This document shows positions 28,280-38,100 of a DNA stretch of 64,000 bases, in pieces (position 1 is the first letter of the stretch; every line of letters starts with the position of its first letter). Origin of the DNA: Candidatus Latescibacterota bacterium (GTDB lineage Bacteria > Latescibacterota > UBA2968 > UBA8231). The translations under genes were made by a program, and so were the position numbers. The notes below the pieces were generated by a model, which was not told where the DNA came from, ran no database searches, and worked only from the letters and a program-made list of their open reading frames with translations. The stretch is from positions 1,632,001 through 1,696,000 of the forward strand of contig OY730476.1 of NCBI GenBank assembly GCA_963422735.1, read 5' to 3'.

Positions 28280-29029
28280 ATGACCACCTTCACTTCGCAA
28301 GTGCTCGCGTACGAAAAATCCGCCGCCGACCTCGCGGTCAAAATCTTTGCCGACGGGGCCGACCGCGAGAGCATGCTGGCGAGCTATGCCAACCCGCTAG
28401 TCTCTGGGTTTACGACCAATCCCACCTTGATGCGCCAAGCGGGCATCACCGACTACCGAGCCTTTGCCCGCGACATCGTCGCGGTCATTCCCGATCGCCA
28501 CATTTCTTTTGAGGTCTTTTCAGACGAGTTCGACGACATGGAGCGCCAAGCCCGCGAGATCGCAACGTGGGGCGAAAATGTGTACGCCAAAATTCCCGTC
28601 AGCAACACCAAGGGCGAGGTCAGCTACGACTTGGTCCATCGGCTGTCTCAAGATGGAGTCAAGGTCAACGTCACGGCGATCTTTCTGCCCGACCAAGTGC
28701 GAGAAGTGGCGGCCGCAGTCGAGGGTGGGGCACCGTGCTGCGTGTCGGTCTTTGCCGGTCGCATCGCCGACGCCGGGCTAGATTACATGCCGGTCATGGC
28801 CGAATCGGTCGAGTTGCTCGCGCCCAACCCCCAAGCCGAACTCATCTGGGCCAGCCCCCGCGAGGTGTACAATGTCGTCCAAGCCGACAGCATTGGTTGC
28901 CACATTATCACCTGCACCAGCGACATCATCAAAAAGCTGCCGACCTTGGGCAAGGAGCTGGGACAGTTCTCGCTAGAAACCGTACAGATCTTTTACGCGG
29001 ATGCCACGGCTGCCGGCTACAGCCTGTGA
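28280..29029 (+). CDS. tal: Transaldolase-family protein
   Basis: KIFADGA, GFTTNPTLM, ISFEVF, YAKIP, VNVTAIF, SVFAGR, WASPRE. Confidence 0.88.
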   Translation: MTTFTSQVLAYEKSAADLAVKIFADGADRESMLASYANPLVSGFTTNPTLMRQAGITDYRAFARDIVAVIPDRHISFEVFSDEFDDMERQAREIATWGENVYAKIPVSNTKGEVSYDLVHRLSQDGVKVNVTAIFLPDQVREVAAAVEGGAPCCVSVFAGRIADAGLDYMPVMAESVELLAPNPQAELIWASPREVYNVVQADSIGCHIITCTSDIIKKLPTLGKELGQFSLETVQIFYADATAAGYSL

Positions 29030-29038
29030 GTGCGGCAG

Positions 29039-29623
29039 ATGAGTTACACCCAGCAGTACTTGGCGGCGGCAGCTCAAGTCATCGAGCAGCTAGATCGCCA
29101 TGCGATCGAAGCGATGGTGCGCCTCTTCGTCGAGACCCGTCAGCGCGGGGGGCGGCTCTTTATCCTCGGCGTGGGGGGCAGCGCGGGCAACGCGAGCCAC
29201 GCGGTCAACGACTTTCGCAAGATCGCTGGTATTGAATCCTACGCGCCCACGGACAACGTATCGGAGCTGACGGCGCGCATCAACGACGAGGGTTGGGAGA
29301 CGGCCTTTGCCAGATGGCTGGAGGGCAGCCGTTTGAACGAAAAGGATCTGATCTTGGTCTTTTCCGTCGGCGGTGGCAATCGCCCGATGAACACAAGCGT
29401 CAACCTGGTTGCAGCACTGGAGTACGCCAAAGAGGTCGGAGCCAAAATCTGCGGCATCGTGGGGCGGGATGGTGGCTTTACGGCCCAAATCGCCGACGCC
29501 TGCGCGATTGTGCCAACGGTCGCCCCGGATGCAGTCACGCCGCTGACGGAATCCTTCCAAGCCGTTATATGGCATTTAATTGTCTCGCATCCCGAGATAC
29601 AAGTAGGGCGCACCAGATGGTAG
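29039..29623 (+). CDS. gmhA: Sedoheptulose-7-phosphate isomerase (SIS domain)
   Basis: GVGGSAGNASHAVNDFRK, LTARINDEG, FSVGGG, ESFQAVIWH. Confidence 0.82.
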   Translation: MSYTQQYLAAAAQVIEQLDRHAIEAMVRLFVETRQRGGRLFILGVGGSAGNASHAVNDFRKIAGIESYAPTDNVSELTARINDEGWETAFARWLEGSRLNEKDLILVFSVGGGNRPMNTSVNLVAALEYAKEVGAKICGIVGRDGGFTAQIADACAIVPTVAPDAVTPLTESFQAVIWHLIVSHPEIQVGRTRW

Positions 29624-29657
29624 ATGCGCTCGCGCCATTCACAACGAAAGGCTGAAC

Positions 29658-30710
29658 ATGTCTGCTCTCCCCCAAGGCTTGCGCCAGTTTTTGCACCGCT
29701 ACATTCCAAAACTGGAAGAGGAGATGTTCTCGTTCCTCGTGGTGCGCGAACCCGAAGAGTTCCTATATCGGCTGATGCGCGACTACCCAGAGCGCGGCGG
29801 CAAGCGATTCCGCCCGGTGCTGGTGCTCTTGGCATGCCAAGCCTGCGGCGGCGACGCAAAGAACGCCATGCGGACTGCGGTGGCCTTTGAGATGTTCCAG
29901 TCGTTTGCCGTAGTCCACGACGATATTGAAGACGATTCGGAGATGCGGCGCGGCAAGCCCTGTTTGCACAAGCTGCACGGGATTCCATTGGCCATTAACG
30001 TCGGCGATGCCCTGTACGCCAAGGTCTTTGAAATCCTCAGCGCGAACCGCGAGGTATTGGGGGCGGATGTCGCACTCGATTTGATGGACGAAATGATCCG
30101 CGGCGCGTGCGAGACGTTTGAGGGACAGGCATACGACGTGGGCTGGATTCGCCAGCGCTATATCCCCAGCGAGGGCGAGTTTATGGCCATGTTGCGCAAA
30201 AAGACCGGGTGGTACACGGGCCGAGGGCCGTGTACGGCCGGGGCGATTATCGCGGGTGCCAAAATGGAGTTGCGAACTTGTATCGGCGACTTCGGCGAGT
30301 CCATGGCCATCGCGTTCCAGCTCCGCGACGACCTGCTGAATTTGAGCTCTTCCGAACAAGACGCTGGCTCTGCGCCCGGAGTTACTTCCGGGGCCTACGG
30401 CAAGGAGCGGGGCGGGGATATTGCGGAAGGGAAGCGGACCTTGATTATCATCGATCTATTGGGCAAATGCACGGCGGCGGAGCGCGAGGAGGTGCTGGCG
30501 ATCTTGCATCAAGAGCGGCACCGCAACACAGCCGCCGAGATCGAGCGGGTTATCGCCTTAGTTGAGCACTACGAATGCGACCGCTACGTCGAGTGCGCGT
30601 GCCAGCAGAAGGTCGAAGAGAGCCTGACACACCTAGAGAAGCTCCCGGCCAACCCCGCTCGCGAGATGCTGGGAGAGATGCTGGACTTTCTGGTCCAGCG
30701 CGCCTTCTAG
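29658..30710 (+). CDS. Polyprenyl (GGPP-type) diphosphate synthase
   Basis: GGKRFRP, HDDIEDDSEMRRGKP, AINVGD, GQ, KT, FQLRDDLLN, DIAEGKRT. Confidence 0.9.
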   Translation: MSALPQGLRQFLHRYIPKLEEEMFSFLVVREPEEFLYRLMRDYPERGGKRFRPVLVLLACQACGGDAKNAMRTAVAFEMFQSFAVVHDDIEDDSEMRRGKPCLHKLHGIPLAINVGDALYAKVFEILSANREVLGADVALDLMDEMIRGACETFEGQAYDVGWIRQRYIPSEGEFMAMLRKKTGWYTGRGPCTAGAIIAGAKMELRTCIGDFGESMAIAFQLRDDLLNLSSSEQDAGSAPGVTSGAYGKERGGDIAEGKRTLIIIDLLGKCTAAEREEVLAILHQERHRNTAAEIERVIALVEHYECDRYVECACQQKVEESLTHLEKLPANPAREMLGEMLDFLVQRAF

Positions 30711-30738
30711 AAGCGGTCTGCGAACGCCAGCCAGCTTC

Positions 30739-31794
30739 TTAGTCCACCACTGAATTTTCCAAATAAGCCAAAAGCAATCGCGCCGCGTTGACGATGCCGT
30801 CCCACGCGCAGATTTCGTATCCATGCGTGTTGTCGCCTGGGTAGCCAATCAACGCAGCGCGCGCAATAGCACCGGACGTTTTGGCAATCGACGAGTCGCT
30901 GGAGTACGAAGTGAGGACGGCCGTTTGGATGCCGAACCCGCAGGCGGTGGCTAGGGCGTCAAAGCGGTCGATGATGCGTGCGTCGTACAGGCCGCGACTG
31001 TCCCGGACGCCGATGATGGGGTCGCCGCTGTTGGCCGTGCCGTATTCGGCGGCCGCGGGCGCAATGTCAACGGCAACGGCCGCGTCAACCGGCAGCCGCC
31101 CGAGCGCGTAGATCGCGCCGTGCCCACCGATTTCCTCGCTGGAGCTGGCCACGAGATATGCGTCTTGAGCCGGCCGGTTCTCCCGCAAGTGCAGGCCCAC
31201 TTCGAGCATGGCCGCCAAGCCAGCGCGGCAATCGAGGTTGTAGCCGCAAACGCAATCGCCTAGACGCCAGAGCGTCTTGTGTTTGCCGGCGATGACGACC
31301 CGAGTGCCGGTGCGGATCCCGCGCTGAGCTAACTCTTCGGCTGTGAGCCTCGTTTCAATCCACATCTGTTCCCACTTGAGGGGTTGGCCGTCTTTGAGCC
31401 GCCCTGCCGGGCTCTCTGTGGAGACATGCTTGGCACCGGTGGAGAGCACACCCGGGCAGAGGCCATCTCGCGCCATGATCTCCACCGGGCTTTCGCCTAG
31501 TGCCCAAGGGTGCAAGCCGCCCAAGGGCTGCACCCTAATTTTGCCGTCGGATTCAATGCGCTTGACGATGAGGGCGATCTCGTCCTTGTGGGCGAGGGCT
31601 GCCACGGGCTGGTCGTGGCTTCGGCCCTTGATGTGGATGATTATGTTGTCGGCCGCGTCCTGCCAGACGGCGTCGCCGATGGGGGCGGCGAGCTCGGAGA
31701 CGAGGGCGTCCATAGCGGATTCTGCGCCCGAGGGCGCGTGGGCAGCGAGCAGTTGCTCGACAAAGCCATAGAGGCGTTGGGCATCGATGGTCAT
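30739..31794 (-). CDS. M42-family metallopeptidase/hydrolase
   Basis: APSGAE, AHKDEI, LDCRAG, SEEIG, VDI, THGYE. Confidence 0.85.
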   Translation of the reverse strand: MTIDAQRLYGFVEQLLAAHAPSGAESAMDALVSELAAPIGDAVWQDAADNIIIHIKGRSHDQPVAALAHKDEIALIVKRIESDGKIRVQPLGGLHPWALGESPVEIMARDGLCPGVLSTGAKHVSTESPAGRLKDGQPLKWEQMWIETRLTAEELAQRGIRTGTRVVIAGKHKTLWRLGDCVCGYNLDCRAGLAAMLEVGLHLRENRPAQDAYLVASSSEEIGGHGAIYALGRLPVDAAVAVDIAPAAAEYGTANSGDPIIGVRDSRGLYDARIIDRFDALATACGFGIQTAVLTSYSSDSSIAKTSGAIARAALIGYPGDNTHGYEICAWDGIVNAARLLLAYLENSVVD

Positions 31795-31870
31795 GGGGTG
31801 CTCCTAATTGAAGGTAAGCGAAAATAATTAGGAGCAAGTCGATGGACAATGAAAACGCCGCTGTGAGGGG

Positions 31871-32479
31871 TCAGGCCGGAGCGGCGAGGGACCCAATAAC
31901 TTCTTCGGCCAGTCCGCGCAAGGTCTTTTGCAGCCGCAGGCGGCCCCGGTTGACGCGCGATTTGACCGTGCCTACGGGACAGTTGATGATCTTGGCGATT
32001 TCCTCGTACGAGAGCCCGTTCAGATCGCGGAGGAGTACGGCAGCGCGAAATTCTGTGGGCAGGTCCTCGATAGCATGGACGACGAGGGACTTGACGCGAT
32101 TGCCGTCGGTCTGTTCGCCGGGGAGTGGGTCCTTGGCCATCGGTTCGTAAAAGGCGGCAGGCTGTTCGTCTTCACTCGGGCTGATCGGGATACAATGCCA
32201 GCGCTTGCGGCGGCGCAATTCGGTCTTGGCTAGGTTGCCGGCAATGGTGTAGAGCCAAGTGGAAACCTGTTCGATGGCTGGGTACTGGTGACTGTGGCGC
32301 AGGCAGCGGAGAAAAGTCTCTTGGACGATGTCCTCGGCCGTTTCCCTGTCGCCGACAAAGCGATAGACGAAGTTGTACAGTAGGGTGCGGTAGCGTTTGA
32401 CCAGCACGCCGAGGTGCCCTTGGTCCTCGGCGGCCCGCAGCAAGATTTCTCTATCCGTGAGTGCATTCATCGCTTCCAT
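31871..32479 (-). CDS. ECF sigma70 factor (RpoE/SigW-like)
   Basis: Start ATG 32479 behind AAGGAG; AEDIVQETFL, STWLYTIA, GLSYEEIA..CPVGTVKSRVNRGR; no adjacent anti-sigma gene. Confidence 0.92.
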   Translation of the reverse strand: MEAMNALTDREILLRAAEDQGHLGVLVKRYRTLLYNFVYRFVGDRETAEDIVQETFLRCLRHSHQYPAIEQVSTWLYTIAGNLAKTELRRRKRWHCIPISPSEDEQPAAFYEPMAKDPLPGEQTDGNRVKSLVVHAIEDLPTEFRAAVLLRDLNGLSYEEIAKIINCPVGTVKSRVNRGRLRLQKTLRGLAEEVIGSLAAPA

Positions 32480-32557
32480 GGTTGTGCTCCTTTCAGGTGA
32501 AGTGCGTCGCTCGCTGAAGGCAAGATGACGCAACTCAAGTACTATGCGTAATAAAAA

Positions 32558-32572
32558 GCAATAATCGTGCCA
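32558..32572 (-). promoter_or_regulatory. Sigma54 promoter upstream of the ECF sigma gene
   Basis: Minus strand TGGCAC-GATTA-TTGC(T), perfect consensus, 79 bp before the ATG. Confidence 0.9.
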
Positions 32573-32647
32573 TTCCTCACGAAGGTAAAAATGCGCCCCT
32601 TGTCGCCCGTTTTTAGGGGTTATTGGTAACAAAAAGCCGAATGTAGC

Positions 32648-32681
32648 ACTCAGATATTTGAGTATCCTCAGATTTCTGAGG
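32648..32681. promoter_or_regulatory. Tandem palindromes, candidate UAS
   Basis: ACTCAGATATTTGAGT (32648-32663) and CCTCAGATTTCTGAGG (32666-32681): CTCA-N6-TGAG twice, 18-bp period, 76-109 bp upstream of the -24 box. Confidence 0.65.
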
Positions 32682-32766
32682 CGCGTCTTTTGACAGGTAC
32701 AGGGGCAAGCGGTAGATTTCGCACCGGTAAATTCGCGTAGTCTCTGAATGAAGATGGAGTGTACTC

Positions 32767-33384
32767 GTGCAAGAGTTGGCCACGCGCTTGGAGGCATTGT
32801 GCCAAGCCAAGGAAGCAGAGAAATTCTCGGCTGAAGAAATAGTCGAGCTGTTGGCAGATGGCGAAGAGGTAGATTGGATCGTCGATCAAGTGCTGCCGGC
32901 AGCGGCTGAGGCCGATCGCATCGAAATGGGCCAAGTACTGGCCGAAATCGCCGATGCGGTGGCACCTGCTCCCGCCGCGGAGACAGGCGGCGAAGACCCT
33001 GTCGCGGTGGAGGAGTTGGACTTGGCCCAACTCCAGCAGGCCCTGCCACCTAGGGTTGGCGTGCAGCAGATCGAGGAAATGCTGCGCTCACCACAGGGGG
33101 CCATGCTGGCCGATTTTAGCGCCTTTTGCCAAGAGCGTGGGTTCGAGGGCGAACTGGGTGAAGCGGAGATGAGCGAGGCCATGAGGGAATTGCACGAGGA
33201 GTGGTTGCAGACGCCGCGGCCCGCGCTAGAAGGCAAAAAACCGGCCGCCGTGCTGGAGGGTGGTCGGCTCTTTCCCGGCAAGGTAGAGACCTTCCGCCGC
33301 GAAGCCCCCAAGATCGGCCGCAATGACCCGTGCCCCTGTGGCAGCGGCAAGAAGTTCAAAAGATGCTGCGGCAAGGCGGCTTGA
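32767..33384 (+). CDS. SEC-C motif protein
   Basis: C-terminal [21 protein letters not shown]; acidic N-terminus. Confidence 0.85.
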   Translation: MQELATRLEALCQAKEAEKFSAEEIVELLADGEEVDWIVDQVLPAAAEADRIEMGQVLAEIADAVAPAPAAETGGEDPVAVEELDLAQLQQALPPRVGVQQIEEMLRSPQGAMLADFSAFCQERGFEGELGEAEMSEAMRELHEEWLQTPRPALEGKKPAAVLEGGRLFPGKVETFRREAPKIGRNDPCPCGSGKKFKRCCGKAA

Positions 33385-33385
33385 G

Positions 33386-33928
33386 ATGGCCGAGATTTGC
33401 CCCTCTACGGCCATTGAAGGTGTCTATATCGCCGAGCTACAGTCGCACGGTGACGAGCGAGGCCGCTTTACCGAAATCTATCGCAAGGAGTGGTTCCCTC
33501 AACGCGGCTGGGACGCCTTGCAGTGGAGCCGCTCGGAATCGCAACAGGGGGTGCTGCGCGGCCTGCACTATCACCACCGCCAAGTTGACTACTGGCACTG
33601 CGGCATGGGCACGCTGCGCGTCGGGCTGCTCGATTTGCGCCGCAGTTCGTCTACTCGCGGGCAGGGGCAGGTCATCGAATTAGATCAAGAGGTATTGCAG
33701 GGCGTCTTTATTCCGGTGGGGGTCGCGCATGGCTTTTACGCAGTCACCGACGCGATGCTTTTCTACTTGGTCGATTCCTACTACGACGGCACGGACGAGT
33801 GGGGCGTGGCTTGGGACGATCCCGATGGGGGGTTGGACTGGGGCATTGAGGGGGTGCCGATTCTCTCGCCGCGAGACCAAAATAACCCGCGGTTACGAGA
33901 CATTCCCACCGAGGAGCTACCGGGCTAG
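33386..33928 (+). CDS. rfbC: dTDP-4-dehydrorhamnose 3,5-epimerase
   Basis: DERGRFTE, GVLRGLHYH, DLRRSS, IPVGVAHGF, WDDP, LSPRD. Confidence 0.9.
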   Translation: MAEICPSTAIEGVYIAELQSHGDERGRFTEIYRKEWFPQRGWDALQWSRSESQQGVLRGLHYHHRQVDYWHCGMGTLRVGLLDLRRSSSTRGQGQVIELDQEVLQGVFIPVGVAHGFYAVTDAMLFYLVDSYYDGTDEWGVAWDDPDGGLDWGIEGVPILSPRDQNNPRLRDIPTEELPG

Positions 33929-33994
33929 GATACGTTGTTCGGCAGCCGAGGTACTGGAACCCTTGTTGTAAGTTGCGTAGAAATTCATCCTGCT

Positions 33995-34284
33995 CAATTG
34001 GTTTCGATGCTCCCCGTACCCGATGCGTCATAATCGCTCGTCCTACTACTTCGCTCGTGCTCTACTCGCAAATGGCGGGACGGGCGATGCGCGGTCCTAG
34101 GGCCGGTGGAAATTCAAAAGCTGAGATACTCACCGTTGCCAACACAAACCTTCCGGGGTTTGGGTCTGTGACTGATGCCTTCACAAATTGGGAGGACCTA
34201 TGGACGACCGACTCGCCGAACTATGAAGATGCTAACCGCAGCTTATTTCCGAGTAATTTCACCATTAGAGGAGTTGCCAGCTAA
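33995..34284 (+). pseudogene. C-terminal remnant of an SF2 (DEAD/DEAH, restriction-type) helicase
   Basis: GFDAP (motif V), IARPTTSLVLYSQMAGRAMRG (motif VI); no Walker A/B half; lower GC than flanks. Confidence 0.75.
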
Positions 34285-35147
34285 TGGAATTTGATTTGCT
34301 AAAAGCTCTCTTAGACACGCAAGCACTACGCCTTGCCCCACCGGGCGAGGTGTTTTGGTACACGTCGGGCACGGTAGGCCCCTATTACATCAATACCGAA
34401 TATCTCTATGGCGGGCTGGAGCAGGCACAGCAACTCCTCGCCTTCATCGACGGGCACAAAGAGGACGCGGACTTCGCGCAGCGTTTGCAGGAGCGCGTGC
34501 AGAAGCAATGCGCGGAAGATGCCGTGTATCGCCAGGTCGTCGATGGATTGGTCGCGCTGGCGCGAGAAAGCGGCGCACAGTTTAACGGCGTATCCGGCGG
34601 CGAGCGACGAGACTGGTTCTTTTCTCTCGCAGTAGCCGAGCGGTTGGGGAAGCCATCGCTGTTGATTTACAAGGATGGCCGCACTGTGGTGTTGGATGGC
34701 CAAAAGCTGCGAACAGTACGGGCAAACGACATGGACGTACTGCACGTGGCCGACTTGGTGACCGAGGCGTCGAGTTACGTGCGCGATTGGATCCCGGCCG
34801 TGGCCGCAGGCGGGGGGCAGATAGCGTATGCGGCCAACGTCATCGACCGGGGCCAAGGCGGCCTTGAGACGCTCAACGAGCAGAGCATTGCGGCCGGGGC
34901 GCTCATGCGGATCGACGACGCCTTGTTTGGCCGCCTGCACGCGATGGGGCAGATCGACGAGGAGCGCTATGCCTTGCTCACCCGTTATCACCGCGATCCG
35001 CACGCGGCCATGCGAGCCTTTCTGCAGGAGCATCCCCAAATTGTACGAGCGGCCTTCAACGGGGGCGACGCAAGAGCCGCGGCGCGTGCGCGCCTATTGG
35101 TTGCAGAAAATCCCTACGCGCTCAACGAGGCGCTCTGGCGGGATTGA
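34284..35147 (+). CDS. Type I phosphoribosyltransferase-like protein (distantly PyrE-like)
   Basis: FWYTSGTVGPYYIN, VLHVADLVTEASS (PRPP-loop-like), VIDRGQGG. Confidence 0.6.
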   Translation: MEFDLLKALLDTQALRLAPPGEVFWYTSGTVGPYYINTEYLYGGLEQAQQLLAFIDGHKEDADFAQRLQERVQKQCAEDAVYRQVVDGLVALARESGAQFNGVSGGERRDWFFSLAVAERLGKPSLLIYKDGRTVVLDGQKLRTVRANDMDVLHVADLVTEASSYVRDWIPAVAAGGGQIAYAANVIDRGQGGLETLNEQSIAAGALMRIDDALFGRLHAMGQIDEERYALLTRYHRDPHAAMRAFLQEHPQIVRAAFNGGDARAAARARLLVAENPYALNEALWRD

Positions 35148-35148
35148 T

Positions 35149-38100
35149 CTAGCCAGCCGCGGCTTCCAATTCCTCTCCCTCAACCCGCACCGAAACGAGC
35201 TGAGAAACCCCTTCCTCGGGCATGGTGACGCCGTGTAGAGCGTCGGCCTCCGCCATGGTGATCTTATTGTGCGTCACGACGACGAATTGCGTCTCTCTGG
35301 CAAATTCCTTGAGTACGCGCACAAAGCGGTTGATGTTGGCGTCGTCAAGCGGGGCATCAACCTCGTCGAGGATGCAGAACGGGCTGGGCTTGACCTGGTA
35401 GATGGCAAAAAGGAGCGCGATGGCCGTCAGCGCCCGCTCGCCGCCCGATAGCAAGGCGATATTTTGCAGGCGCTTGCCGCGAGGGCGGGCGATGATGTCG
35501 ATATGGGCCTCTAGGGCGTCGACGTTTTCCTCGAGGCGGAGGTCGGCTTCGCCTCCGGGGAAGAAGTGGACAAAGGTCTCTTTGAATTTCTCGCGGATTT
35601 GCTCGAAAGATTTGAGGAACATCCGCCGGGCCGTGCGGTCGATAAGGCCGAGGGTCTTCTGTAGATCCGCGGCGGCTATCACTAGATCGTCGCGCTGTTG
35701 GCGGAGAAAGTCGTAGCGCTCTTTTTGTTCCTGATGTTCTTCCAATACGCCTAGGTGTACCGAGCCCAAGCGGTGTAGGGACTGACGCAGTTGGTCAATG
35801 CGCTGTTGCGTGGCTTCCTCGTCGATGGCTTCGTTGAGGGGGCCCATGGCCGCAACATCGCAGTGATACTCCTCCTGCAAGCGCGTGCGAATCTGCTGGG
35901 TCTGTAGCTGCAGCTCGGAGATGCGCACTTCGAGAGTCGTGCGGCGCTCGCGCTGGTCGTTGAGCTGCCGCTGCAAGTGGCTAATGTTTTCCTGCAACTC
36001 GCGGTTTTGGGTATTGGCTGCGGCCCAATGCTGGCGGCGCTGGTTTTGCTCCGCGGCCAAGGTCTCGCGGCCTTGGTGCAGCCCCTTGAGCTCGTCTGCC
36101 AAGGCGGTGCTGCGCGCACTGCACTCGGCCTGTTGGCACTCAGCCTCGGCCCCTTCAGCCGCTAGGCGCTCGATGTTATTGTTTAGGTTTGCGTCAATGT
36201 TTTTTAAACGATTGGCGTCTCGCTCTAGTCCTTGGACTATTTCGGCGGTGCGGGCGTGATCCACCTGGAGGGTGCCCAGTGCCTCGCGCTGCTCGCGCCG
36301 ATGGGTTTCGCTCTTTTTGAGGTTCTTTTCCAAGGCACTGCTTTCCTCGCTGAGGCGGGTGCTCTCGGCCTCGTTGTGGCGCAGGTACTCGGCTTGTTCG
36401 GCGATGCTTTGGTCGAGGGCCTGGCGGCGCTTGGCCAAGCTGGTGCTTTCGCTGTGGAGTTGCTTTAGGCGTGCTGCGAGCCGTTCGGCGTCAGCGCGTG
36501 CGCGTTGGTGCTGGTGGACCTGCTCGCGCTCCTTGGCGCGCCAAGTTTCGCTCTCGGCGGCTAGGCCCTCTAGGCGTTGTGTGAGCGCGGCGAGTTGCGC
36601 GGCGAGTGCGTCGAGCCGGGGGACGAGGGCTGTGCAGCGAGCGTTTTGGTGGGCGACGAGCGAGCGCAGGGTGCGGATTTCCCGCCTGCGGCCGAGGACT
36701 CCCGAGTCCTCGAATTGGCTCTGGCCGCCCGACGCGAGGCCAAAGAGATCGACAGCGTCGCCGTCGGGCGTGACACAGCGCACGTAGGCGCTCGGATAGC
36801 GGCGCGTCAGGGCCAACGCGGTTTGCAGGTCGTCCACTAGAAAGGTATTGTGCAAAAGGCCGGCAATCAGAGGGGCGATGGAGGCTTCGGGCCGCACGTA
36901 GTCCAGCAGCCGGCCGCGCAGCCTAGGCATGGGATCTGGGTCTAAGACCGGGCCGAGGGGGCGAGGAGGTGCCTCTAGCGAGAGAATGCCGACGCGCCCG
37001 GAACGCGCCCGGAGATGGGCAATGCCTTTGAGCAGGCCGCTGTCCGAGTGAGCGATCAATGCTTGGAGCGACTCGCCGAGGGCGACCTCGACCGCACGGG
37101 CGTGTTCTGCTCCGACTTCGACTAGGTCGCCAAGTACGCCGCGGAAGAGGGCGGCGTGGGGCGAGTCGAGCATCAAGGTGCGGACCCCGCTCTGATAGCC
37201 TTCGTAGCCGGCGCGGACTTTTTCGAGAACTTGGAGCCGTGCTTGGTTGGCCTCTGCGAGGCGTCGGGCCGCATCGCGTTGTTCGCCGAGGTCGCGGAAG
37301 GTCTTCTCGGTTTGGTCGCGGGCGGTGAGGGCGGCGGTGCGCTGTTGCTGGCAAGTGGATAGCTGCTGCCGAGTTTCGGCGAAGGCGGCTTCGGCCGCTG
37401 CGGCCGCTTGCAGGACTTGGTCGCGCTCGGCTGAGGTCGTGTCCTCTTCGCCGCGCATGGCAACCGCGCGTTCATCGAGCGCGTCGCGCTCGGCCTGTTG
37501 GCGCTCGAGCGCACGGCTTATTTCGCCCCCTTGGCGCAGGTGCTCCATGCGCCCGCGCTGGCGTTGGTCCAGCTCGGCTTGGTAGCTGGCATATTCCTCT
37601 TCGGCTTGGGTGGTGCGCTGCCGGTGAGCCTGCAATTCTCGCTCTATTTGCACAAAGGCCGCGCTCGCTTCGTCGCGGTGCGCGGCATTGTCGCGGTGCT
37701 GCTGCTGCACAGCTTCGAGCTGGCTACTGTAATCGGCGCGTTCGCGGGCCGTGCGTTCGCGGATTTGTTCGGCCGCCTCGCGCCGCTCGCGCACGGCCAC
37801 GAAGAGCTGTTCGCGCTCGTGGATGGCCTCGATGCGGCGATTGAGTTCAAGGCCCGCTTCCTGCATAGCCTTCTCGGCCTCGGTCAGCGCGAGGCGCACC
37901 TTTTCGAGCTCGGCCTCGCGGCTGGTGAAGCGGGTATAGCCTTCTTCGGCCGCCTTGCTGAGTGCTGCGAATTCGTCTTGCAGCGGGGATATTTGGGCAC
38001 TGAGAGCGAAGAAGCGCTGGCCCCCCAAGCGCACGTCGAGTTGGTCCAACTCCTCTTTGAGTTCGCGGTATCGGCGCGCCCGGCCAACTTGGCGGCCGAG

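Noticed and set aside
32480-33049. 190-aa N-terminal extension of the ECF sigma in the ORF track
   Set aside because: It overlaps the divergent SEC-C gene and spans the promoter; RBS supports ATG 32479
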